Notes: generated by a model not told the origin, from the sequence alone. Positions 9,779-17,634 are shown, counted from the first letter of the stretch. The stretch is 64,000 nt of DNA from an uncultured Pseudomonadota bacterium (GCA_963843375.1 CAWJKT010000006.1:256001-320000), one strand, 5' to 3'. A program made the numbers and translations.

Positions 9779-10883
9779 GACTCCCTCCTTCGAGGATGGG
9801 TTTTGAACGCATCAGCACGGAGATCAGCCAGGCTAGGGCCCCGATACCGAGGACGAAAACCCAAAGGAAGGTCACCACCACCAACCAGTTGGTGACGACA
9901 GGCTGGCTCCAAACGTCAAAGCCCTTGTGGGCCAGGGTCACATCACGGATGCCGTCCCGGAGGATAACCCAATTGGCCACAGCCAAAAGAGCCATCAGCG
10001 CGGCCACATAACCGGCGGCAGGACCCCGGGGTTTTTTCACCACGGTCCAAAGCCCAAAAAGCAGAATCACCAAAGCCAATGGGTAATAGGTAAAGGAAAC
10101 CATGCTGTAAAAGCCATTGGCGGAAAGTCCTGAACTCACAAAATCCGGCTGGTTGGAAATGATGAGGTAATAGGTGACGGCCTGTAGGAGTATGCCCAAG
10201 ACGGCCATTTTCCCCCCCAGGCCCGACAGGTAAAGCTTGAGAGGTTCCTGGACGCTCTTGCGGCCCGCGATCCAGACCATCCAGAAACCGGACACCCAAA
10301 GGGCGCCGCAAAGCATGAAGAGCCAGCGGGGGTTCAGGGTAGGGTCGTAGGGTGGTATTTGATTTCCCAAGGGAGCGGCGGAATACATGTCGCGCCAAAC
10401 CTCCGGCTTGAGCATGAGTGCCATGTTGGTGGATAAAATGCGGGAGATGATCCCGGCCAAAAACAGAGAAGCAAATCCCTTGAACCATGGCTTTTTCCCT
10501 GCGGCCACCCCATCCGAAAAACCGTAGAGCAGCCAATAACATGCCATCAGCAGGAGGATCACAGAAAACCAGAAGAAACCGATCAGCACATTGGCGGTAT
10601 AGAGAGCCGGACCGTAGAGCACCTGGGCAAAGAGGAGCGGCGGGATACCCAGGTTGATGACGTAGGTCATGACAATGGGAAGTCTTTTAGCTAAGGCTTT
10701 TGCCGCCTCCTGCCGCTGGGCGTTGGAGGAACCGAGGAGATTGAGCAGGATGGCTGTCAGGAGTCCACCCAGGAACATCTTCACCGCAATGAAGTGGAGG
10801 CTGAGGGTAAGGACGTCCAACCCCTTGAATAGCCAGACAGGCGCGGGCAGAGGGATGGGGTCGGTCCAGGGAAAAAGGTTCAT
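9771..10883 (-). CDS. Polytopic membrane protein, probable second (CydA'-like) subunit of the bd-like oxidase
   Basis: About nine hydrophobic segments; 'TLSLHF', 'INLGIPPLLFAQVLYG'; overlaps Rieske start; first gene of operon. Confidence 0.6.
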   Translation of the reverse strand: MNLFPWTDPIPLPAPVWLFKGLDVLTLSLHFIAVKMFLGGLLTAILLNLLGSSNAQRQEAAKALAKRLPIVMTYVINLGIPPLLFAQVLYGPALYTANVLIGFFWFSVILLLMACYWLLYGFSDGVAAGKKPWFKGFASLFLAGIISRILSTNMALMLKPEVWRDMYSAAPLGNQIPPYDPTLNPRWLFMLCGALWVSGFWMVWIAGRKSVQEPLKLYLSGLGGKMAVLGILLQAVTYYLIISNQPDFVSSGLSANGFYSMVSFTYYPLALVILLFGLWTVVKKPRGPAAGYVAALMALLAVANWVILRDGIRDVTLAHKGFDVWSQPVVTNWLVVVTFLWVFVLGIGALAWLISVLMRSKPILEGGSHD

Positions 10884-10979
10884 GGAATAAGGCGCTCCAT
10901 TTTTTGACGAAAACCCTGCAAGCTTTCCCCCCGATTGCGCGGAATGCACCAAAGGTTATTTCATGTGTACTTTTTGTTC

Positions 10980-10995
10980 TATGATCAAAATCATA
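10980..10995. promoter_or_regulatory. Crp/Fnr-like palindrome TATGAT-CAAA-ATCATA
   Basis: Perfect 6-4-6 inverted repeat resembling TTGAT-N4-ATCAA, ~100 bp upstream of the respiratory operon. Confidence 0.5.
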
Positions 10996-11097
10996 TTGGA
11001 CAGATATTCACCCTGCCCATGGGCGAAAGCAAGAGGCAAGACGGATTTAGATAGCCGGATTAAAAATAAATCTTGTTGATATTTTAGTAGTGTGGTT

Positions 11098-11123
11098 GTC
11101 CACGACGGGTCCCCGCCGTGGAC
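11098..11123. repeat. 26-bp inter-module site (GTCCACGACGGG-TC-CCCGCCGTGGAC)
   Basis: Near-perfect palindrome extended by GTT/AAC (11095-11126); 44 bp beyond stop of the 11168 gene. Confidence 0.92.
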
Positions 11124-11167
11124 AACTGATTCATTTTAAGATGGTTGATATTGGCTGGGTTTTATTG

Positions 11168-11731
11168 TCAGCCATCGATGACTTTTAAGCTTTTCAACTG
11201 GCGCAGTATCCGCATGTCCTCGGCCATATCCCCGATTTTTTCGGCCCATCGGCGAAGGTACTTTTTATCGAGGAACGGTCCTTGCCGGGCCACAATGGCT
11301 TCGACGTCCGCCAAATCTTTTGTCCTTCCAGGAATCAATTTTAAAAGGATTAAATCTTCCGGCGAAGGCATGGGAACCATCCGCCCAAAAAGCTTTAACG
11401 AAACCTTTCGGCTCAAGGCGGAACGCTCCAATTCAGTGGAGGCGATAATCACGTCCACAGGGACCTTCCGAAAAGCGATGGTAAACGCCCCTCTGGTCTT
11501 TGCGCCATAAATGGCTTTTTGAGGATTGACTTGAAATTTTTTGCCTGCTTTTTTAAGGAAGGCGGGCAAACCCGCCTTCTCGATGAATAAAATAAGGTCG
11601 ATATCCTGGGTCATTCGCGGCTGGCCCGAGGCCAAAACCGCCAATCCACCGATCAACAGATAATCCGCTTTGGTTTCTTTGAGAAGGGAAATCAGCTCGT
11701 GGAAGGCCGACTCAATGGGATTGGTGGACAT
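11168..11731 (-). CDS. Nucleotidyltransferase-fold protein (DUF6036/AbiEii-like)
   Basis: 'YLLIGGLAV...GQPRMTQDIDL', 'VDV', 'SPEDLILLKL..GRTKDLADV'. Confidence 0.8.
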   Translation of the reverse strand: MSTNPIESAFHELISLLKETKADYLLIGGLAVLASGQPRMTQDIDLILFIEKAGLPAFLKKAGKKFQVNPQKAIYGAKTRGAFTIAFRKVPVDVIIASTELERSALSRKVSLKLFGRMVPMPSPEDLILLKLIPGRTKDLADVEAIVARQGPFLDKKYLRRWAEKIGDMAEDMRILRQLKSLKVIDG

Positions 11732-11927
11732 AAAAGGAAAGCGCCATGGGCTTATCGTGTCGCAAATTGGGTTTTTTCGCGTTGAAGGCGGCCCGAATCA
11801 GGTTTTCCCCCATGCGAATACTTTCCTTCAACGAAAGCTTTCGCAGGGAAGACCGGTTTTCTTTTTCGCTGTATTTCTTGAATCTTTTGGGGTTCTTAAC
11901 CATGGTTGAATTCATTGTAGGGGGCAT
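11712..11927 (-). CDS. Small basic protein, putative partner/antitoxin of the nucleotidyltransferase
   Basis: Overlaps start of the NTase gene; 71 aa basic; typical bicistron arrangement; start uncertain. Confidence 0.55.
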   Translation of the reverse strand: MPPTMNSTMVKNPKRFKKYSEKENRSSLRKLSLKESIRMGENLIRAAFNAKKPNLRHDKPMALSFYVHQSH

Positions 11928-12037
11928 TCACGGCAGGTTCAACGTGTATTGGTCCGTCTTGAAATTTCCATCCCTGTGGTTTAAGCCTTTCTAGGGTAAA
12001 AATTGGACCCACTATCATTTTCGCCGTCCAATACACT

Positions 12038-12063
12038 GTCCACGACGGGTCCCCGTCGTGGAC
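12038..12063. repeat. 26-bp inter-module site, perfect copy (GTCCACGACGGG-TC-CCCGTCGTGGAC)
   Basis: Perfect 12-bp arms plus CT/AG extension (12036-12065); 27 bp beyond the GH43 stop. Confidence 0.93.
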
Positions 12064-12090
12064 AGGTTATATTTTTAATCTTGATCCAAT

Positions 12091-14194
12091 TTACTTTTGG
12101 CGCATGATCTCGATGGCGCAGACCTTGGCGTTATGGACCGAGGAAACGAATCGTAGATGGATCATCCCATCCGCGTCCGGGCTGGATGTCCGGGAAGCTT
12201 TTATCGACAGCCTTGTCGAAGGCCCCCGCCTCCTTGAGGATATCGAAATGGGCGAGAACCTTTTTCCCGTTGATGAGAATATCAAATACCCTATCGCCTT
12301 CTTTCTTCACGTTGGTCTCGGCGAACCTCAAATGAACCTGGTACTTACCCGGTAACACCGGAAGGGAATAACTGAAATCCCTCCCGTTGCGTTCGAATTG
12401 ATATAGTTCCTGCGTCCGGGTTCCAGCGATGGAATCCCAACAACGGGCCACATCCCCATCGGAATAGCCAATATCCGACGACCAGTACAAACCATCCTTG
12501 TCCCGGAATTCTTCCCAGCCGGTTCGGATGCGCCAATGGTCCGTGGGGGCCAGGGGTATGGGATTGGGCTGCGGCGAGAGGGACACTTGTTCTGGGACGA
12601 CCCCGGGTAGCATTTCGAACCAGTCGAAGTCCGCGTAATTCTCGGATTCCTTGCCGTTGGCCGTGGCATAGAGGCCGACCACTGTTCCGGTAAAGCCGCC
12701 AGCCTTCTCCCGGGAAAGATCGGCGGACGGGCAAGCCGCGAGGTTGTTCCAGGTCTTACCGTCGTTGGACCAGGCGAATTGGTACCGGTCTTCGGTGCCG
12801 GAAATCTCCAGTTGGACTTTGCCCGATTTCATCGGTTCTTGGGCAATCATATATTCCCGGTTTTTAATCCGGTTCCGTACGAATAGCCGGGTTTCCCCGC
12901 CGAACCGCCCCAAGCCAACCTCATAATGGTTATCCTCGTTGGCCCGCACACAAAGACCCGCCTCCTCGCCGTCTTGCAGTGGATTAAATTCCATCTCGGT
13001 ACGGGCGCTAAAACGGAACGAGGTCTGGCGCCGGCCCACGAAAGCGGGATCTTCAAAAATGGTGTTCAGGCTGTCCTTGGTCGCCCGGATTCGGAGATAT
13101 CCTTTCCGTTCCGTCAGGGAGAAATTTTCCGGGTCAAAATTTCGGATATGCAGCCACTCAGGGCCCAACTGGGAGCCGGTAAAAAGGGTCCTCGGTTGGG
13201 GAGCCTCCACGGCGAACAGCTTTAACTTTGGTGCTTCCATTTCCAGGGCAACATGGTGGTTTTTACCCGCCACTGGCCAACCATCCAGTGTCCATTGGAC
13301 AGGCGTGAGAAAGGTTTCCCGGCCCAGCACCGACATGCCGCCCTGGGGCCGGGTTCCGAGGAAAACTAGCCACCAGGTTCCGTCAGGAGCGTCAATTAAG
13401 TCGGCGTGTCCCGCGCATTGGATGGGGCTTTGGGGATCGTCGCGTTGGGTGAGGATGGGATTATGGGGGCAGGACTCAAAAGGGCCCCAAGGGCTGCTGC
13501 TCCGGGCCGCGACTTCTTGATGATAACTTCCGGTTCCACCCGTGGCGCTGATGAGATAGTACATCCCTTTGATCTTGTACATGTGCGGGCCCTCATTCCA
13601 TTCGCCCTGGTATTCCCAAGCCTTCTTGAAGGGTGTTTTCAGCTTCAGGCTGGACGGGTCTAATTCGGCCTGCGCGATGCCGTTCCCATTGTCGGCCCCG
13701 GCATGGTCGTAATAGATCTTCCCGTCGTCGTCAAAGAACATGGAACCGTCGATCCCGTAATCGTTCAGCCAGACCGGCTCCGACCAGGGGCCCGCCGGGT
13801 CCTTGGCGGTGACGATGAAATTTCCCCCTCCGCTGACGTTGTCGCAGGTCAGGTAAAAAGTCCCCTTCCAGTAGCGAAGGGTTGGCGCGTATAGGCCGCC
13901 CCGGTCCGACGCCCCTTGGAGGGGCAACTGGCTGGGGCGGTTCAGGGCATTTCCGATGAATTCCCAATGGACTAGGTCACGGCTGTGGTAGATAGGAAGG
14001 CCGGGGAAATACTCGAAGGTGGAATTGGTGAGGTAAAAGTCCTCCCCTACCCGGCAGATGCTGGGATCGGGATGGAAACCGGTCAGGATGGGATTCTTGA
14101 AGGTTTTTAACATGGTCTTGGCGTCCGCCTTATCCACCATCCCCGAAAACCACAGGGAGATGGCCATGATTGGACCCAAAAATCTAAAGCGCAT
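12091..14194 (-). CDS. GH43 beta-xylosidase/arabinofuranosidase with C-terminal malectin domain (1-bp frameshift near 12180)
   Basis: 'NPILTGFHPDPSICRVGEDFY', 'WNEGPH', 'GHADL', 'GFTG'; malectin 'LHFAE/FDILING'-type motifs continue as 'DGMIHLRF...NAKVCAIEI' in the 12091..12285 frame; ATG 14194 after GGAGG. Confidence 0.88.
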
Positions 14195-14298
14195 GAGGCC
14201 TCCTTTGGGACTGGGTCGTTTGATTATAGACCAGGGATAAGGTGGTTGAGAAAAAACGATTTGGGAACAGGAGTTGGATTGGACAGCGGTTATTAATT

Positions 14299-14324
14299 GT
14301 CCACGATGGGTCCCCGTCGCGGAC
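14299..14324. repeat. 26-bp inter-module site (GTCCACGATGGG-TC-CCCGTCGCGGAC)
   Basis: Each arm 11/12 to consensus; TT/AA extension; 34 bp beyond the DUF202 stop. Confidence 0.9.
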
Positions 14325-14358
14325 AAAGCCCGAACCTCGATTTTCCCATTCGGCCCGG

Positions 14359-14754
14359 CTAATTATTCACGAGAAGATAAACCGCCATTACGAGGCCAAT
14401 GAGACCCAGTCCCAAGGCAATTCCGATTCCCAAATAGGATGGTTTGATCTCGGGGGTTTCTCCCAGTTTAAGAAAGGAAACAAAGCGCACATAGTCGGCA
14501 ACGACCAACCCTTGAACCAGGACCCCCGTTAAAACCAAAAGTGTTCCAAACCACATAGACCATCCCGAGTGTCCGGGCAAGGAGTTATCAACCCGCCCTT
14601 GAATCATGCGCAGGAACAAGCTGAAACGGGCAACGACGAAACCGAAACCCATCAGGGCCAAACCGGTCCTGATCCAAGCCAGGAAGGTTCGTTCCTTCGC
14701 CCAAAAAATTCGAGGATCGACATTTTTAAACTGGTTTTTGGTGGATGTTTTCAT
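14359..14754 (-). CDS. DUF202 / YidH family membrane protein
   Basis: 'DPRIFWAKERTFLAWIRTGLALMGFGFVVARF'. Confidence 0.88.
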   Translation of the reverse strand: MKTSTKNQFKNVDPRIFWAKERTFLAWIRTGLALMGFGFVVARFSLFLRMIQGRVDNSLPGHSGWSMWFGTLLVLTGVLVQGLVVADYVRFVSFLKLGETPEIKPSYLGIGIALGLGLIGLVMAVYLLVNN

Positions 14755-14796
14755 GTTGGATATTTTCGCCTGTCGATAATTAAAAAGTGCCCTGTA

Positions 14797-14988
14797 TTAA
14801 CCCCAAACATTTAAGATCGTCTGTGCCTTCGTCCAATCCGGATCCCCGCCGTGGGCAAAATCAGCCGCCTTATTTGTTTTTTTGTCTTCGTCGATCTTGA
14901 GGATTTCCCTGACCTTTTCCATGAAATCCGGTTTCAACCCCTGGTAATGTCCCGAGACGTCGATATTCCCGGTACCCGGGAACTCCAA
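14797..14988 (-). pseudogene. Possible relic of a tyrosine recombinase C-terminus
   Basis: 'PGTGNIDVSGHYQGLKPDF' has the spacing of the LGH-x8-Y-xxLxPD box II with His replaced; in-frame stop just upstream; lies next to the tRNA. Confidence 0.25.
14831..14856. repeat. 26-bp site, tRNA-proximal hybrid copy (GTCCAATCCGGA-TC-CCCGCCGTGGGC)
   Basis: Right arm 11/12 to the 11098 copy; left arm of the GTCCAATC class seen at 5363; exact 12-2-12 spacing. Confidence 0.7.
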
Positions 14989-15285
14989 TCCATCAAGACA
15001 ATAATTGGAAAAACGTTAAAAGCCCATCTTTTTTTAGGCAGGATTCGTTCCTCTTTAGCTCCAACTCTCCCTTTTCGGTTTATTTTCGGGTTATTTAAAA
15101 TCTTCAACTCCATTTTACTCCTCAAAATCCTTTCTGAGCCCTACCCAAAAACTGGTCAAAATAAAGTCAAGGTGCCTTTAAAAAAAATAAAAAGAGGCCG
15201 GTTAAGCATCGCCCCCGGGAAGATCAAAAGGCTAGTCGGTTTTAACCGGTTTTTGCCGCCCTTGCCTGCCTCTAACTGCCACAAC

Positions 15286-15327
15286 AAAAAAACCTCCACC
15301 GAAAAAACATAACGAGTGGAGGCTTTT
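15286..15327 (-). terminator. Intrinsic terminator downstream of tRNA-Thr
   Basis: CCTCCAC/GTGGAGG stem followed by T-tract on minus strand. Confidence 0.6.
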
Positions 15328-15396
15328 AAAATGCGCTAGGGACAATGATTTATTCGACTTTTACTACGTTTCCTTTGACAGACAAAATGGAAAAAA

Positions 15397-15472
15397 TGGA
15401 GCTGGGGACCGGGATCGGACCGGCGACCTGCTGTTTACGAAACAGCTGCTCTACCAACTGAGCTACCCCAGC
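15397..15472 (-). tRNA. tRNA-Thr(CGT), CCA encoded
   Basis: GCTGGGG/CCCCAGC acceptor stem, TAGCTCAGTTGGTAGAGC D-arm, GCTGT-TTCGTAA-ACAGC anticodon arm, 3' TCCA. Confidence 0.96.
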
Positions 15473-15534
15473 CTTTCAAAAGAACAAGAGGAGGCAAAGT
15501 TTACTCATCGTCATGACCATCGTCAATCGAGAAT

Positions 15535-15570
15535 AAAAAAATCCCCGGATTTCAAAAGAAACCCGGGGAT
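15535..15570 (-). terminator. Intrinsic terminator after the CBM protein gene
   Basis: ATCCCCGG/CCGGGGAT stem then T7 on minus strand. Confidence 0.75.
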
Positions 15571-15597
15571 CAGGGTAAACCGGACTTTTAAAAAACG

Positions 15598-16728
15598 TTA
15601 CTTGGCGATCATGTTATCCACGGCAAAAGTTATTTTCCCGACCGTCTTGGGCTGGATATTGAATGTCGCTATCTTGCTGAAATCCTCTGGCGCTCCCTTT
15701 TTCGCATCGGGAGGCGTGTAATAAGGATCCAATTTGAAATCGCTGATGGAAACCGTTACGGTCTCCCATTTGCCGCCCGTGGTCGCCGGCGTATCCGCGA
15801 CATATTGATTATTGTTATTGTCCTTCAAAGCCAATCCCAAAACGATCGAGTCTTTTGAATAAATCATCATACTGATAGTTTTGAGCCCCGTGAGGTTCGC
15901 GCCTTTCCAATCAGGTCCACCCGCTCGGCACCACATTCCACAATAACCACCCTGCTTCAATTCGTAGGAAACGGAAAGGTATTGCTGGCCTTTCTTATTG
16001 GGATTGTCTTTAGCCGTAAAAGTAAAGGTGGATCCCTGGCTGTCCTGGAAGGTTCCTGCGTTTTTAGGGTCGGTAACACCGGTACAATCGAGAATTGCCG
16101 TAGCTGTTCCTGTAGAAGCAGAACTACTAGCAGGAGCGGCGGAAGAAACCATGCCGGCTGTTCCAGCGGAAGAAGATGCCGAGGCCGTCCCCGCGGTTTC
16201 CACGGTGCCAATTAAAACAATCCCCGAACCCGCCGTCTGGGGGGAGAAATTCAAATTTCCCACTTTGCTTAAATCCATCGGATGGCCGGCGATCGCATCT
16301 GGCGGAGTGTAATAAGGATCCTTCGCGAAGGACGATAAGTTAACCGTCACCAGAGTCCAATCAGCGGAAGGAATTTGAACCTTCGTGATGTATTGAACAT
16401 TAAAAGCATCCTTAATGGCGATTTGGAGGTCCCCAGGAAGAGTTGATTTGGCCATGAATTTCAGGGAAGCAGCCTTGGATAAATCCCAAGCGCCGCCGGT
16501 ATAAACTCCAACATAGCCGTTAGCTACCAAGCTATAGGTCATCTTGAGGGCTTTGTCGGAACCTTTGGGACCGGCATCATAAGTGAAATCTATCTTGGAT
16601 CCGTTACTGTCCTGATAGGTCCCTGCCATACCGGCTTGGACGGAAGTCCAATCCTGGACCACATCCGCGAAAGCGGCGGAAACTTGCAGCAAAAAACCCG
16701 CCATCAATAAACCCAGAAATCTTTTCAT
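15598..16728 (-). CDS. Secreted protein with two tandem CBM11/CIA30-like carbohydrate-binding domains
   Basis: Signal peptide; internal duplication 'GT(Y/F)QDS.GS...KD..N.QY...W..VTV..S.F..DPYYTPPDA' joined by Ala/Ser linker. Confidence 0.65.
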   Translation of the reverse strand: MKRFLGLLMAGFLLQVSAAFADVVQDWTSVQAGMAGTYQDSNGSKIDFTYDAGPKGSDKALKMTYSLVANGYVGVYTGGAWDLSKAASLKFMAKSTLPGDLQIAIKDAFNVQYITKVQIPSADWTLVTVNLSSFAKDPYYTPPDAIAGHPMDLSKVGNLNFSPQTAGSGIVLIGTVETAGTASASSSAGTAGMVSSAAPASSSASTGTATAILDCTGVTDPKNAGTFQDSQGSTFTFTAKDNPNKKGQQYLSVSYELKQGGYCGMWCRAGGPDWKGANLTGLKTISMMIYSKDSIVLGLALKDNNNNQYVADTPATTGGKWETVTVSISDFKLDPYYTPPDAKKGAPEDFSKIATFNIQPKTVGKITFAVDNMIAK

Positions 16729-16763
16729 CTTGTTTCTCCTTCGAATTTTTCGATTTCCTGCGA

Positions 16764-16946
16764 TTAAAACTTATCTTCAATTAACCCCAAAAACGTCAAC
16801 TCCACCACAACCCAAATCGCTGCATAAACAATGAAGGTTGAAATTTCATGGCGAACACTCCAACCCACATAACTGAAAAGTGAAAAAATCGAATAATTCA
16901 AAAACCAAAGAATCAGTGCCAATCGCGGAAGGCTAAAATTTTTCAT
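16764..16946 (-). CDS. Small hydrophobic hypothetical protein
   Basis: 60 aa, two hydrophobic segments, AGGAG RBS upstream. Confidence 0.45.
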   Translation of the reverse strand: MKNFSLPRLALILWFLNYSIFSLFSYVGWSVRHEISTFIVYAAIWVVVELTFLGLIEDKF

Positions 16947-16980
16947 CGGATGTCTCCTGAAATATCGCGGACCTTTTCAA

Positions 16981-17589
16981 TTAGGGAACAGCGATAGATT
17001 TTAAGCTAGACCTCAAAATTTCTTCAACTGTTGATTTCTCACCCAGCACATGAATAGCGGCCAAAACTGCCCGGCGTGATTCCGCCAGCGAATATCCTAA
17101 AGTCATCATCGCCTGAATCGCGTCGGTAATGTTCTTAGTTTCAACGTTAAAAACGCTTTCCGGGGATAATACTCCCCCACCCATCAATTTAGTTACCTTA
17201 TCTTTCAGTTCCAAAACGACATGTTGAGCCGTTTTTTGTCCGATCCCGGGGATGGATTTGAGTGTGGCTAAATCATTTTGGAGAATCGCCCGATAGAAAG
17301 CCTCGGAATTAAAAGCCGAAAGAATATTCATCGCCGCCCTTGGTCCAATACCGGAAACGGACAAGGCCAATAGAAAAGCCTGTTTTTCAGAGTCCTTTAA
17401 AAACCCGAAAAGCTGGAGCACATCTTCCCGGACATGAAGATAAGTTTTCAAAAGAACATTTTGACCGACCGGAGGAAGGGATTGCAAAGTTTTCTGTGAT
17501 ACGAAAAGTTCGTATCCTACTCCGTTAACATCCATCTCCACCCGGTCAGGAAACTTCTCGGTCAAGACGCCTTGCAAAAAAGCAATCAT
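16981..17589 (-). CDS. ruvA: Holliday junction DNA-binding protein RuvA
   Basis: 'MIAFLQG', 'VNGVGYE', 'VREDVLQLFGF', HhH 'VSGIGP' and 'IPGIGQKTA'. Confidence 0.96.
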   Translation of the reverse strand: MIAFLQGVLTEKFPDRVEMDVNGVGYELFVSQKTLQSLPPVGQNVLLKTYLHVREDVLQLFGFLKDSEKQAFLLALSVSGIGPRAAMNILSAFNSEAFYRAILQNDLATLKSIPGIGQKTAQHVVLELKDKVTKLMGGGVLSPESVFNVETKNITDAIQAMMTLGYSLAESRRAVLAAIHVLGEKSTVEEILRSSLKSIAVP

Positions 17590-17634
17590 TACCCCTCCGA
17601 AGATCGTCGGGAGTTAAAATTCGCCTTTAGGCGA

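Noticed and set aside
6117..14324. Sites as intrinsic terminators of the minus-strand genes
   Set aside because: No U-tract follows the stem on the coding strand; a 2-nt centre and sequence identity across unrelated genes are unlike ordinary terminators
14194..14326. N-terminal extension of the GH43 ORF to 14326
   Set aside because: Runs through the palindromic site; ATG 14194 has a GGAGG RBS and starts a signal peptide
1865..14856. CRISPR interpretation of the 26-bp palindromic repeats
   Set aside because: Spacing is 0.5-4.4 kb with whole genes between copies; no cas genes in the window
14851..15312. 153-aa plus-strand ORF next to the tRNA
   Set aside because: No motif or RBS; crosses A/T tracts and hairpins; probably spurious
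15397..15430. Duplicated tRNA 3' end marking an island boundary
   Set aside because: No second copy seen within the window; it could lie beyond the left edge
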